Shown here: in pieces, positions 36,540 to 51,162 of the stretch
Position numbering within the stretch: the stretch's first letter is position 1
How the letters are laid out: every line of letters starts with the position of its first letter
Source of the DNA: Iphione sp. A-MEVVRFRX5
Lineage: Eukaryota
Reading direction: 5' to 3'
Assembly: GCA_976226885.1 (NCBI GenBank)
Contig: OZ320318.1
Span: 69,626,001-69,690,000 of the forward strand
Length of the DNA: 64,000 nt
Position numbers and translations under genes: made by a program
The notes under the pieces: model-generated
Told to the model about the DNA's origin: nothing
What the model saw: only the letters and a program-made list of their open reading frames with translations
The model's database searches: none

Positions 36540-39420
36540 TATGAATAGCAATATTTCATGAATTCTTTAATGGATTTTCTTCTAATTTGGTCCCCCTATA
36601 GATACATGTTAGATTCATTTCAAAGTCAAACATCAAGAAAAATTCAAGCCACCATGCCATACATCCATGAAGGTCTCGTTTGCCATTCACGGCAAGCAGA
36701 GTTACATGGTCTGTGTATACTGCAAACCGCCTGTGTAAGATGTAGTGACAAAACTTCATTAACGCAGATTTAATGGCCAAGTTCTCTGTCAGTGGCAGAG
36801 TACCTAGTTTCTGCTGCAACCATCTTGCAACCTGCAAAGGCTATAGAATGAACATTTTCATGATCATGCTCTTGTGATATGCAAGCCTCTAATGCCATAT
36901 TTGAGGCATCAGTAGAGATGGTGAATGACTTGTCATAGTCTGGATACACCAGCAGGGCATCTTTCATAGTGGCTTTTTTGATGTGAAGATATGGCTCCTC
37001 ACAGTCATTTGTCCAGACAAACTTCCTGTTAGCCTTTGTAATTTCATACAGTGGCTGCATGATGTCACTTTACCTAGGGATGAACATGTGGTAGTAATTT
37101 GCTACACCATTGAAGACTAGCATCCCTTAGGTTTTTTGGTCTGCAGTAAAAGTGAATAACTTCTACCTTGTTAAGATTAGCTGAGATCCTCCAGCTGCTT
37201 TTCCTGGGTAAGAGATGCAGAAATCACATCATCCACATAGGGAAAAGCTGCTGGTACTGTCTGCAGTACCATTTCAATCACTGAATGAAATGCCTTGGGT
37301 GAGGTCTTGAGCCCCATAGGCATCACACGGTACTGTTATCTGCTGAATGGTGTTGAGAATGCCCATATGGGCCTGTCTTGTGTCTGGATCAGGATCTGAT
37401 AGAAAAGTACTTGCCTTGCAACTGCCTCACAGCCTCACTGGTGTCATCAGCCCTAGGAAAATTATGGGCCTGATCTTCAGTCTGGGTGTTGAAATACCTA
37501 TAATCAACAACCAATTTGTGTTTCACATTGCCTGACTTTCTGGAGCCTGGTTTCTCAACAAGAAAAGCAGATGGGGCAAATTCCCCAGATCCCTGGCACT
37601 TCCCAATGTTTTCCTGGCTGACCTGTTCTTGAAGCATGCATTTCATGGTACGTTACATCTGTGGGTTCATCCTATGTGGCTGTCTGTTCAAAGGAACATA
37701 GACTTCCTTTAAGTAGATAGGATGAGTATATATGTTTGTCTAGCCAATCTTCTTGTCAGGGCCTAGAAACACTTACTTCATTTTCTTGCAATCAATGCAA
37801 GAGTTAGCCTGTTTGCTTAGGTAACAAATCTGGATTTAGACTGTATGCCTTTCCAAATGGCAAGGTAGGGCCCTCCAGTGACTTTGTGTCAGAAGACAGC
37901 ACAGATCTAGGTGCTGTCTCTAGGAAATCACCTTGATCCCTTAGACAGTACAGCACAAAAATCACACCCTTTTGCAGTGTCTTTGAACATGGGGCTGAGT
38001 TGAACACTGTCACTGGAATCTAGTCCTGCTTAGGGCCAGTTTTTGCAGCCCTTTTTACCGAATATGGGGCAGGATGCTGTTTAAATAGATTTTCAATGAC
38101 CCCAACTGATCCAACAAGGTCAGTGTGTGACAAGACTACAACTGAGACTGTTGTCTCTGCCAATGGTGCTAGCACAGTCCCTGGGTACTCTGATAGTAAA
38201 TGCCTGTACACTAGAAATGCTAAATTCAATGTAGCAGCATGTTTCCATATGAAATCAACCCCAATAATACATGCTCAGTGCAGTTTTGGTATAATTAGAA
38301 ATTTCTGCCAGAAAATAAAATCTAAAATCCTTACTGGTAGGATGGCTGCTTTGTTAACATGATGCTTTGCACCATTTGCTGTAAAGATTTTGGTGCTGCA
38401 TTGCTGGACCTGTGAAACAGCCCTTTCCTTTTTGATTGCATGGAAAAAAGATATACAGGAGACAGTGGCACCAGTGTCAGCTAAAACTGGTATTGAATGT
38501 GAAAAGTTTTGTACATCAACCAGCCCACTAACCACTTTGGCCTGGAGAGCCCTCCTATCCTCTGGTATATCTGCATGCTGCAGACGTTTCTTTTTAATGG
38601 TGTTATCAGTGTCTTTGATGTCAGATGACACTGCATGAACGTCAGGTGGAATGTCCTTTGTGCATGTAGACAGCAGATGTGTCTACTTCTAGTCCCTGGA
38701 TAGTTTTCAAGGTATCAGGTTCCTTGTCCACTGATAGTGTGTGAGGATGGGCCTGAACCTCAGGATCTACCAGTTTAAAGCCTGATTGCTTCCCTCCTCA
38801 CCGGGGTAATGCTGGCTGCTTTAGTATTGTGTTGGTGACTCTCCTTGGTGATTGGTCACTACCATGCTGTCTGGTGGATACCCTGTCATCCCATTCCCTT
38901 CTGTTGCTCCACTAAAGAGGAGGTGGGTCTCTGTCAAAGGTATGGCCAGCCACATGGCCACTGGGGCTTCTGGGCCTACCATCACAAGAGGGGGTAATGA
39001 CCTTGTTTATATGGGAATTGTCCACGTCCATCAGCATATTCTCAATGATACTCAGCTGCAAAGCAAGCATCTTGAGACAACCCTCAAAAAACTCCATGCC
39101 TTGTAGTTTAGTGGTGCCACTTTGATGCCATTTGCAGCACTGACTTTTTTTGAATAGGAGTTGATTCTTTTTGTCGTTCACATTAAGTGTAGCCAACTTG
39201 TATAGAGTATCATTTTTAATCAAGCAATTCAGGTTTGATGAAAAGGTCTGTAAGATTTTCCAGTAAGATTAACAGGTCATTAGCTAGAATTGGTATCAGA
39301 GCTTCACCTGCTTGTGATAAAGGGAAACAAATCATCCTCTGTACTGCAATAAGAAACATATAGGAAGTCATACAAAAGGATTTGCTTGGCTCATATCCAT
39401 CCTTACTGTCCTCAAGTTCC
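36540..39420 (-). mobile_element. Degenerate Gypsy-like internal region (gag, protease, RT, RNase H remnants)
   Basis: Protease VLADTGATVSCIS (38275-38631). RT ...KLVVDYRYFN...FPRADD (37389-37646). RNase H FTISTDASN...AETRYSATDRE (36770-37060). Confidence 0.8.
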
Positions 39421-39429
39421 ATTTCACTG

Positions 39430-42400
39430 GCACCTCGGGACGCCCCTAAGCTATAATGCTATTGTCTTTACAATTGAATTGTATTATTACCTTAGCTTGC
39501 ACCAACAGGTGACTAAGACTCACCTGAGCCTGCTTTGGAGTCCAGGGGGAGCAGGTGATATAGTACTTCCTGTCTAGCTCACACATGGACATCAGTATTT
39601 AAGGATTACAGACATGAGCATAAATGCTAATTGAATGATTCAATGTACAACACGAACCATGGAGCAGGTTTGGTTAGTAAAAATCAGGGCAGGAAAGTTT
39701 TAGAGTGGGCACCTGCTCCCCCTGGACTCTAAAGAAGACTCGGCAGAGTCTTAGTCACCCATTGCTGCAAGCTAGGGTAACTATACAACTCTACCTTGCT
39801 GCTTCTATGCCAGGAAGCAGCAGGTGATATGTTTAGGGCTTAGTATCTCTGCAAGTGTATGTGTAGCCCTACTTGGTGTGAATGTTTGCTTCACGGATAG
39901 AACTGTCTGAAGGTGTTCTCATCTGACCACATGCCTCTCTTGAGAATTTCTTATATTGGTAGCCCTGATGTGAAAAGTTTTTATGCTTATCCTGCACAGG
40001 TGCTATGAGCAGTGAAAGTAGTTGTGTCGATGACAGATCTGAACATTATGTCCTTGACCTACCTTGCTAGTGTAGAGGGACTGACTGATTTGTATGGTAA
40101 CACGTAGCTAATAAAGAGTGCCTTGTCATAGTTTCTGATGTTATTTATTTAAGTTAAGTATGCTTGGATCTAAGTGATGACACAGAGTGAGGGCTCTTGT
40201 TCAAACGGTGTCAGGATTATCCTGCTTGGCTGTTTATTGGCCTTTTTGTGCTTGAGTTGGGTTCTGAAGTTGGATGTTATCCAAGTCGATGTTGTGGATA
40301 GTTTGCAGGCATCCATATGACACCAAGAGCAAAAGTAGGGTAGTTTTGAGTGTAAGGAGCTTTAGGGACTGTGTGTTGATTGGTGACCAATCCTGCAGGA
40401 AATTGAGGACTAGCTCCACATCCCAGGTGCACCTGTGGTGGTCTTAGGTTAAACATCTCTGCCATTACCTGGATGGTCAGCCAGTGTTGACTGAAGGGGA
40501 TCTTATGGAAACATTTAACAATTGCTGATAGGACGCTCCTGGCTGTATTCAAGGCACTGTAACTGAGGCATGCCTTGAACAGGTGGTGAAGGAATGAGAG
40601 CTTGTTCAAGTTCTGGTTTGAGGGGATCAATATTGTGTTAGACACAGAAAGTGTCCCATCTGTTTTGATAGGAGGCATATTTTATTCTTGTGGACTTGTG
40701 TCATTATGCATTATATATTTACTGAGTGGATTTTTGGATAGTGACTTGTCAATGTGTCATTGTAGAATAGTGCTACCAGAAGTGGGATTGAACTGATGTT
40801 GTGGGTATCTGTCGTGTTGTAAATGTTTAGCAGGTTTTCTTGACCTGCTGGGAATGGCATTATCTCCCTTGGTGGGTTCTGCCATATCTTTCTGTATGAT
40901 TGTTATGCCTGCCATTGTGGGACAACTACTATTGCCTTGGTCAGTTCTTGTAGTTTTTGCAGGACCCTGGAAATTAAAGAAGGTGGAAATGCATAAATGA
41001 ATTTGAAATGTGTCCAATCTAAAGTGAAACCATCTATTAAGGCTTCGTCAGAGTCTGGCTTCCAGCTAGCATACATTGTTATTTGATTTGTTGCTTTGGA
41101 TGTGTAGAGGTCCAATTCTGGGGTGCCCCAAGCATCTGTCAGGTTTTTGAATAATGTTGGATTGAGCTACCATTCTGTGTCCTCATTTAAGTGCCTTGAG
41201 AGGAAGTCGGCTTCAGTGTTTTCAGTGCCTGCGATATATAAGGCAATTGCCCAGGCTTGTCTGGTTTCGAAGAAAGCCCACATTTTTCTGGCTAAGGAGT
41301 CAGATATTTTGTGCCACCTTGTTTGTTGACATAGCCTATGGCCGTGGTGTTGTCTGATCTAATTCAGAGCTCAAATTTTTGTCTTTTTTGTTAGATCAAC
41401 GACTCCCTTAAAGATCGACTCCATCGCAAAAACTGGATCGACCATGCCCAAACCCTCCGGGCTAACTCGGCATACCCAGTATACTCATCCGGCCTTTTCC
41501 TATCTCGGGAACATCAACGGTCCTCTTTAAATGCATAGTCAGCAAGTTTCCAACATTTCATGACGCAATTCAAAGCAATCCAGGCAGGAATGAGCAATTC
41601 CCCTCTTTCGCAAGCCCACCTGAAGAGCAGTTACTAGATCAAAGAGAACTCACACCTTGCCATGACTCAGTCTGAGAGGGATCCGACAGGTGAGGAATAC
41701 TTCTCCCCTTTTTATGGCCCTGTTTACGGGTCTCAAGGCATACCTACCAAAATTCCCGCCTGTGTAACTCCGGTCCGAATTCCTCCCCGAATGAGCTGAG
41801 CTCGGACCCCGGCCCCCTCAAAGAGGCTGGGCCCTTTCTCATTATCCATCTAGTTAGTTTCCCTGCCCATAAACCAAGTGTTATGACCATCATGACAGTT
41901 TTGGGTCCCCTTTTAGCTTAAGCTGACGTTTATGACTCTCATCAATCTTCGTCAGAAGATTGTGCAATTCTTAGGGCCCTCATTTGTCTTTTCCTGGAAT
42001 CCCTTTGATCTTTTGGGACCTGCCGTGCAGTGCTTACTTATGTGAGCCAATGGGAAGAGTCCCCTCTTCCAATCCTCCAATCGGAATAGTCCCTTTTAGC
42101 CAATGGGAAGTAAGGACTTCGGAAAGAGTTCGTATATAAGAAAGAGCTCCACATTCCCAAAAAAGATTTGGAGAGTCCCATACTCTGAGGTCACCTCTCC
42201 TTCTGAGGTTTGAAGTTCTAGAAGCGGCTGAGACCAGACCAGAGTCCTGCTGGAGGAGTCGTCCACCCCGCGATCTTCACCAAGCGCCCGTTCACTAGGA
42301 AGGACTCCACCTCCAGAAGGACTCTAACACTCACCGTCTAGATGTTCGAACCCACAGGCTCTGGTCTGGCTCGCAAGCCCGCAATTCTCCCCGATATGTA

Positions 42401-45400
42401 AGCTCAGCTCTGCCACTGATCTGTCATCCATAAGCCGCTGTCAAGGGAGGAGAGTATCATCCCTCTGATGTGCTCGGAATAAAGCCCTCTGTAAAACGTA
42501 CTCTCGGTTTTAGTGTTCCTCGTATCCACCAGCATATCATCTCATTCGAAGAAACCGACTAAGTGCTCTCTGAGCGCTTAAGAATAAAGCAACACGGGAC
42601 GTGTAACCTGTTGAATAGCTTTATTAGTCCCTATTGAAGAAGGGAATCATCGGGTTGAAAACCCGAGACTGGAATCAGCACGGGCAGCAGACGAAGAAGA
42701 TCTTCACGGACTCGAGGACGCCCCGAGATAAGAGGTGCTTCATTCATACCCATACGATCCCCGAGGAAAGCGGAATCCTCACCTCTCATAACAACCAAAC
42801 GCCTAAGACACAGACGAGAAATAGCAATTTCGAGCCTGTGTAGCGAAAAGCAACCAAAACACGACACAAAGAAAGTTGCAAAACATCACACTGGGTGGTG
42901 GCTGGTGGTTGTAAGAAGTCAATAACATTACATTTTGAATAGAAAGTTTTGAGGCCTAATAAGATGGCCTTTAGTTCCATGGCATTAATATGCCAAGTCT
43001 GGTCTTCTGGAAGCCACTTCCCCCCTGCAGCCTCTGTTTGGGTAACAGTGACCCAGCCGAGCCCTGATGTGTCCTTGGTTAATGCTTCATTGGGTGCATG
43101 TACCCAAATTCGTCTGGATAAGGAGGTTGTGATGTATAACAACCAGTGTATGTCTTCTTGGTTATCTAGGGAGAGTGTCATTGGTGCTTCAAAATTCTTT
43201 CCATGGCAGATTAGGGCTCGGATCTTGTTCTTTTCCAAGCATTTATAGTGTCCTATGCAATATTGGGTCACCTTCGTGAGGTTGGCGAGTCTAATAGAAA
43301 ATTCTGAACCCAGTACATCTATGAGTGGGATGAGGTTGTAAATTTTCTTTTGAGTAGGGGTGATCGTCATGTCTACCAAGTTCAGGTTGTAGCCCAGGAA
43401 CACTATGTCACTGGGGTCAGAGAAGACTTGTTCCAATTTATTGCAAAAGCAAGTTCAAACATAAGGTTTGTAACTCTGTCAATTGAGGCTGAGCTTGCCA
43501 TTGGTGAAGATGCTACTACTAGTAGGTGATCTAGGTATGCTGTGACGTCGTTACCTTCTTCATGCAAAAGGGCCAGGGATGGCTTGAGCAGTTTGGTGAA
43601 CAATCTTGACACTGATGTAAGGCCAAAAGGCATATCTGTGTACTGAAAAGCTTGAGACCCCCAAGTAAAGGCTAGGTATTTCTGATACTTTGGGTGGACT
43701 GCTACCATGTGAGAAGTGCTCTGCAAGTCGACAGAGGCCATCCAGCAATGCCTGTATAGGGACTGGGTCACTGACTCTAAAGTGTCTACATGTATTTTAA
43801 AATAGACAAAAGGCAAGAAAGTGTTGAGGATCGAAAGATCTAGAATAATACAGAGCCGTCTGGTTTAGTTCAACAGAAAATTTTGAGACTGGAAAGGTGA
43901 TGGTGGGTGATCAGGGACAATGACCCCTTTTAGTAGGAGATCTTCCATTGCAGTATCAATTTGAAAGCTTTCACTTAGGGTGAAACAGTGGCTGAAGAAG
44001 AGGTCTAGTGGGTGGCTGTGACTGAAAAGTGAATGTGATACCCATTGGAATGTCCAAAATGATTTGGTCTGAAGTGATGTTATGCCATATCTGAATGTTG
44101 CGTTAGACATTCCCAGCCACGAAGCTATCGATGGCTGTTTCTTTGCTGATCCCACCTGAAAATCCAGCTGGTTTGGGTTGTTGGGTCAGCTTGTTGAAAC
44201 CATGTTGGTAGTCTCATCTATATAGGGGGTGATGGTATGGTTGCAACCGGCCTCGTTCTCATGCAGCTCTGCCTCCCTATTGTCTACTTCATTGTCTACT
44301 TTAGCTGATAATTTGTTAATGGCTTCCAGGGATTTGAGAGAGTTTTTGAGGTTATCCCCGAAAAGATGTTTATGTGATCATGGGTGGTCATCAGATGCCA
44401 TCCTGCAGTATTCTGGTTTCAGTGCAAACCTATGCTGGCAGCTCCCAGTGGGGCGATGGCATCCAATAGTGGTTTCGCTGCCTTCTTGATGTCTTCGTTC
44501 TTTTGTGCCTGTTCAAGGACGATTGCTGTTCCTTGGATAAGTGCTGCTTGTCCAATGCAGAAGATGCCTTGTGCCTTCTGTAGTGCCTTATCCCTGTATT
44601 TAAAGGGCTTGGAGAGTGTTGGGCCATATTTCCTAGTTTACCTTTGTAACCTGTAAACTTTCGCAGTTGGAGGTGGGTAGAGGCTTCACTTTGGTTGTAT
44701 TTCTTCATATTTCCATATCAGTTGGTGTTCGTGTATGAATTCGGCCACATCTATTTTAATCACAGGTCCTTTGCTTTTGGTGGAGTAGAAGTCTTATTTC
44801 TACTCCGTGAACATATTGTCGTCAGAGTCATGGGAGATGGAGTATTTGGTAGTGATGCTTTTGAAAAGTGTGTCCCTGAGTGCTCCTGATGTGTCTGTTT
44901 CATCCTGTGTAGTTTCAGTGGCATTAGTTGAGGCCAGCTCTTCTTTGTTGTGTTGATTGCATTTGTTAGCACATGAAAATAACCTTGAAAATCCTGATGG
45001 AATCCCCGCATGTGTTTTTAGAGGCCCAGCATTGTTTCATTGAGCAAGATAATTGCATCGAGGACTGCCGATGCACATTGGCTGGCGTGGGTCGTCCTTG
45101 TTCCCAGTTGTTTGCCCTTCTCTTCCTTTTTTTGGTGTTGGTTCTTCCATCTGGTCTTGGCATGGGTCGTCCTTGTGTTCCTGTTGTTTGCCCTTCTCTT
45201 CTTTTTTGGTGCAGGTTCTTCCATCTGGTCTTGTGAAGGTTGCATGGACGCCATTGTGAGGGAAAGGGAAAAAGTAGAGCAGTGACCAGACTAACCACCC
45301 CTGTCTGAGTTGTATATGAGGTCTTTGCAACAACTGACAGCTGGGAGATTCTGAGCACACTCTCACTTGCAACTAATCTAGGTCAGGGGTGCGTATGCTG

Positions 45401-45540
45401 GGTTCTGACCCATGGCTGTTGAAAGGCTGCAAACACTGGGTATTGTTGTGCTCTCCACACACAAGTACTCCTCTAGGTCAAATGTGTGGCAGTGACAGTA
45501 GCACTAAATAGTTGATATTAAGACTGTCACATCTGATTCA
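39430..45540 (-). mobile_element. Degenerate DIRS-type tyrosine-recombinase retrotransposon
   Basis: RT (ASVDL...MPFGL...AYLDHLLV, 43403-43816). RNase H (DTSGLGW, HINAMELKAI). Methyltransferase-like DLY...YAFPP (40903-41115). YR remnants (YSALNTARS; TAHST; WSDENTFRQFY). About 70-bp inverted repeat 39487-39557 vs 39710-39780, consistent with the ICR/ITR end. Confidence 0.85.
41340..42870 (-). mobile_element. Unidentified ~1.5-kb insertion splitting the DIRS RNase H, possibly the 5' part of an LTR retroelement
   Basis: DIRS RNase H motifs stop near 42870 and resume near 41330. The insert has an aataaa-containing LTR-like segment and decayed GC-rich coding-like sequence. Confidence 0.45.
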
Positions 45541-46374
45541 ATAATTTTGAAAAGTACAAGAAATTTCAGAATGTTATACCATTTTTTAAATTTTGAATTT
45601 AAATTTGAAAAATAGTTTAGCACAATTTGTCACATGACACACATATGAATTTTCAAAAGAGCAGCCAGCCATGTCTATTTCATTCAAATATCATTGGCTG
45701 TTGCTGAATCCAATTACTATTTTTCAGGAACGACTTGACACTATTTTTTGTTTGAATACTAATGCTCGCTGGTAATTAGTTCCACAATGTAATAAATTTG
45801 TAGACAAAGCTCTTCCTTTATAGTTGACTTGTTGGTTTCCTTGCCCTCAGTTGGGTTCCTGTCCCCATTCTTGTGACTGAGCATGGTTTTTTGCAACAAA
45901 ACTGCTGATCAGACATATCCGTAACAAGTAATAATGATAAATATATCAGTCTCCACTCTAAACTACATATACCATTTATACTCATCCAATTGCCCATCTA
46001 ATTGCCCGCCCGAAAAATGTCCTAATACACAACTCCTAATCTAAAATTTGTTTTAGCCTCACCCAGTCCCTTTTCCTAATACCGCAAAGGAATTGCAACC
46101 CATAGTCTACATGGGGTAAAGCAAAAGCAATAAGGAACTTCTTTCTCAATGGCATATCCAATGTATCTCTATGTAACACAGATGTTCGGAATGCAGATGT
46201 CCGGAGTGAGGACATCCGGATCTTGCAGACAATAAACTGTATACCTTGCGGATCTATGACAGACATATATTGTGAATACATAAAAGATACATTAAATGTA
46301 TGTTTCTTAACTGGTGTCTTTAATGTACAATGGTAAGCGTAAGGAAGAAAGTTCCTATGTACAGTGGTGTGTCA

Positions 46375-46834
46375 TGTTACGATGTGGTGCCTCTGATAGT
46401 CTGGACATCGACGTCCCGCACACCAGCAGACACTCATAAACAAACCATGTAAAAGCGACAGGTCAGTCTAAACAAAAGCTACATTGGAATGGGGATTTTG
46501 AGGCACTTCCAGGGAAGGTGTTGACAGTTTTCACATCCATCATTGAAGGTTGCTAGGGTGGGATACGGGGATAATGTGATTCTTGACTGGTTGTGACCCA
46601 GGGCATGTACCCTGGTCGGAGGTCAGGTAACCTATGACCTAAGGTTATGAACTATTGCAAAATATGACCAGAAGGGTACGAACCCCTGACAAAGGGTCCT
46701 GACCTAACGGTATATAATGTCTCTATCTCTTCACACTTTTCGGAGAGCTCTTGTGGCTATTCCCTGTACGGTCTACTCTGCTGGAATAAAGATCAACTAA
46801 CTTGGAAACCTGTGTCGTCTTGAGTTGTGTTACA
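46375..46834 (+). mobile_element. Probable solo LTR inserted in the LINE
   Basis: tgttac ... gttaca termini, with tatataat followed by aataaa. No TSD found. Confidence 0.5.
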
Positions 46835-47440
46835 TCTAATTCTGCCTAGAAGGGCACTAATGGTATGTAACTTCCTTATTTTCCCATTCACCATTGACTT
46901 AAAGGTAAGCCCAGAAGCCACCAAATAACTTGAAAATTTAAACTCTTCGATGCTTTCAAGAGGGACCCCCCTGGAGATGAATATTTATATTTTGTCCCCT
47001 GGCCTTACCAAAATTCATTACCTTGGGTTTTCCTTTATTTCTGATTAGACCATTTGAAGAGCACCAATCCCCTACAGCTTTGACTGTGTGTTGTAATTTC
47101 CCGTGTAGTCCCCATGCACTAGAGCCCTGGCTGATTATAGTAACATCATTAGCATAAGCTGGTATCTCTAATGGAAAAGCAACAGCAAATATATCATTCA
47201 CTGCTACAATAAAAAGCCAGGGCCGAGCATAGACCTTTGTTAAAATCAACTCTGGATCTGATAATAATTGCACCGTACCTGTTGCTTCCTACCAGATATA
47301 TATGAATTAAACCATTTAACTATAGCCCGCCCAAACCTATATCTAGTTGAGTTGGACAAAATTAATTTGTGATCTAGGAGATCAAAAGCCTTACTCATAT
47401 CAAGAAAACACACTGCAACACATTTTCCATCATTCACATA

Positions 47441-48049
47441 CAGTACACTACCTCCCTGTGGACATGTCTCGGAAGTGGAGGTGTCTACAATGCGGACGAT
47501 TTGAAGCAGAACAGAATCTATTCCCATGCATAACTATTATAAGAAGACGTCTCCAATCAGGACAGCTAATTTTACAGAGTGCCTCCCTGTGGACAGGGTG
47601 TTGTCGCGCTAATTTGGGGCTCCAGGGAGGCCTGAGAAGTCATTTTCAAAGGTAGAGATGAATCAACCCTGTGTACGGGGTGTTGTTGCGCTAATTTGGG
47701 GCTCCAGGGAGGCCTGAGAAGTCATTTTCTAAGGTAGACATGAATAACTCCCAAGCACTTTTAGGAGTCCTACTTGTAAAATTCAGCATATTTTGGACTC
47801 CTGCTCGTCAAATTCAGCACTTTTTGAACTCATACTCGTCAAATTCAACACTTTTTGGGCTCTTACTCGTCAAATTCAGCACTTTTTGGACTCCTACTCG
47901 TCAAATTCAACACTTTTTGGGCTCTTACTCATCAAATTCATCACTATTTCCAAGCTTGACCCCCTGGTCTGATCTCAAATGCGGACACGTCTCAAATGTG
48001 GACAGTTTGGGTCAGAACGAAGGGTGTCCGGAATGGAGAGAGTGGACTG
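47441..48049. mobile_element. pogo/Tigger-type MITE (same family as 7946-8579) inserted in the LINE
   Basis: TA|cagtacactacctcc ... gagagtggactg|TA. Shares gcggacgatttga.gcagaac and the 31-bp internal repeats. Confidence 0.8.
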
Positions 48050-48779
48050 TATTCATAAACCTTCTTTAAAAGAGTTACCTCCAGCCAATCTTGTTCCCTT
48101 TCTCTTCATAAAACCAAATTGGTTCCTATTAAATAAATCATCTGTTAACATATGCTTATTGACCTGGGCTAAGAATTTACTAGGTATTGGGACAAGTGAT
48201 ACTAGTCTATAATTTGACGGTGACACCGGGCTATCCTTCTTAAATAATGGTACTATCACCATTTGCTTCCAGTTCCCAGGGACGACACTGTCCCTCAGGG
48301 ACAAATTAATAATGGACGTAAAATAATACAAAGTGCATTTCAAGATGTCTACTAAGTACTTGGTTGATATTACTGGTACTCCGGAAGGTTTATTCATTTT
48401 GATTTAATGTATAAGCTTAGCAACCCTATCATATCCTACTTCCTCAAAACTTTTCATGCCGGACCCTGACATATTTTCCTCTTACAATTCATAACTAGAA
48501 GTGATGAGGTGAAACTATTGCTCATAAATACTCACCCAAATAGTTCAGGCTCATCTCGTCCAGCAAGTAATAAATTAATACTTTGCCACACAGATCACTG
48601 TATCAATATTTACATGAGATTATGAAAAGTGATTTAGCAAGGCTTGTTACGAAAATGAAGATCTGAAGTTCTGACACAAGCAAAGGATCACTCAGGACAG
48701 CCTCTGTCACAGCATGAGAGGATACACAAAGTAGCATATCTTACTTCTTTTTCAAAGTTTCATTCACAGATTGTATTAG

Positions 48780-49560
48780 ATATGGCCACATCTAAACAGC
48801 CCTTTCTGCAACTTGACTGTGTTGGGCCCATTGTGTTGCACAAAACTTGAGGGGGAAGGTGGTCGAGTTGATGCTTTCTTTGAATTTTGTTCAGCATGCA
48901 TATGTTTAGTTGAATAAGCACCAAAGGGACTTGAGTAGTTTTTTACAGTTTCGGATTCTGTTTGCTTCATGCCCTATAAAGAAGGAACATGATTAGTCAT
49001 TTGATATATGCATAAAAACATAAGATATCTCAGATAATATTAAGTTCAAGGTTCACACCATGAAAGATACATATATATTTCTTTTTAAACAGCATAAAAT
49101 GACACTATTAAGTACATAATTACAAAATTATTATATAAAGCACGAGACATACCTGTTTGGATACCTCCATGGACAATGTGGAGACTGTATGTCCCAATCA
49201 CTAACAGTTCTGGCATGTCTGGAACTTCAACAAGCCATTCTTCAGCTAAAAGTTTTACCATCATCTTGTTCATATTGCGTCCATCGATTCCAATGTCCAG
49301 AAATTTCTTGGGATCTAAGGAATTAATGTTATCCCTCATAGCCCTCATGAAGTCAGCAACAGTAGTGTGTCCCCAAAATATGGTCCCTAAGTATCTGCCA
49401 AGTTATGCCAATAATGACCAATCACATCCATCTGATCCATCCAAATGGTTTTGTTAAAGATTTTTCAAAGAGAATAGCATACTTTTCCTTCCCCCAGACC
49501 ATATCAATCAGTTCTCCTTGAACATTTCATCTAATCCAAAACAGAGCTAGTAGCCCTATT
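48780..49560 (-). pseudogene. DDE transposase remnant, probably hAT-related
   Basis: QMDVIGHYW...RYLGTIFWGHTT and IGIDGRNMN...IGTYSLHIVHG (decayed MDGPNVN and CxLH motifs). Confidence 0.55.
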
Positions 49561-51162
49561 TCAATCTGCCGCAGTTATAGTTTTGAGCAATATTGCAATC
49601 CCAAAATATAGATGGAATCCACATAATCATTGGATGAGAAATAATAGTAAATAAGCACAGATTTAAGTACCCAAATGATCTATGCTTTCCAGGTTTCTTT
49701 CTTTCTAAGTACTTGTCTCTTCTTCCTGATCCTCCAACTACAGTAGAACCTCGCTATTCCAAAACCTCACTATTCCTGTACCCTCACTATTCCAGACACA
49801 ACTGCCTGGAACAGAAGACTCCTCTATATTCCTATATGTAATTCGTTCATTATTCAAGACATAAAGCTAGGATGAAAGAGTGGTCCCTTACCTTGCAACA
49901 CCTGATTACAGTCCTTTCACCATCCTCCCTGATGTCATGATGCCTCTTCTTTCCCCAATACTATCTTCTTGTCATCTTCTCTAGTGTCCTGACACCTCTC
50001 TCTGGCCCATTACAGTCTCCTAACTATTCTTTCTGATCTCCTAATACCTCTGTCTGCATGATGCCCATGCACCCTGATGTCCTAACACCTCTCCCCACAC
50101 AAAAATGAGTAAAATACAAGAAATATGTAGCTGGCCCATTCTCAGTTAAGTTTGGCATCTCTTATATGATTTCTTTGAAAAATAGAGTTACCATTGAATC
50201 ATTTATGCTATGATTCCCTGCAACTACATTGTATAAGGGGAAAATATACCATAAATTTAGTAACTAAACTGTGATATTCACTTAGTATGACTTATGTATA
50301 TATTATGCTATTATTTCAGGAAAAATCTTTGTCATTTACGCCATGTCTTTTTTGTAGACTAAATGGCTGGTATTAATATTTCACCTAAAAATAATGTTTT
50401 TGAAGATTGTGTTCTTAAAATTGAGCTGTTCTACTACTGGAAAGTCATGTAATAACAGTTATCTTTGAAAAATATATTGATTCACCCAGTAAGTGAACAT
50501 ACTTCCAAGAAATGACTGCATTTTGAAAAACTTCATTCTATGTAATAGACATCACATTATTTTCTGCCGAAAATTAATGATAATGATTAGGAATTCTGTT
50601 TCAATAGAATATATTAAACAAAGGCATGTAGTCCAAGTGGACAATGCTTTTTAATGAATGAAAATAAGTAAGTCTGTATACATCTCACTCAATCTTAGCC
50701 ATGCAAGGATGGTGTAAATGACACAAGCATATTGAAAATAGAATTTCATCATATTTCAACCTGAAATCATATAAATGCTTGTAAACAACATCGAAAACCA
50801 CATCAATATTTATCCTTGTCTTGAAAGAGATTTAACACCTGAAATATACAATTCATAAACAACAATGGCGTAAATGACATACTGTGACATGCTTGTTGTA
50901 GAGTCAACCTGAAAAATCAGTGAATGAATCCTTTGGTAAGAAACATTAGTGTCATTTCATAGTATACATCTGGTACACTTCCAATCATTTTATAAAGAAA
51001 AAAAAAAGAAATACTCATATACATCTAAATGAAATATGGTGTACACCATAGTGTAAATGACAGCAAAGAGAAATCCAGTTGGTCTCCCCACGGACATCAC
51101 TCCACATCAGTAATGTCCCCCAATAGCACAGCCACTTTCTTCATGACCCTATTGGAGAAGGT

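Larger units (their letters stand above)
46030..48540 (-). mobile_element. Degenerate CR1/L2-type LINE reverse transcriptase
   Basis: IINLSL..SVVP.NWK..IVPLFKK...SNYR.VSL (48053-48397); FLDMSKAFDLLDH; PWLFIVAVND; YAND (decayed YADD); LPHVDYG. Confidence 0.85.
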
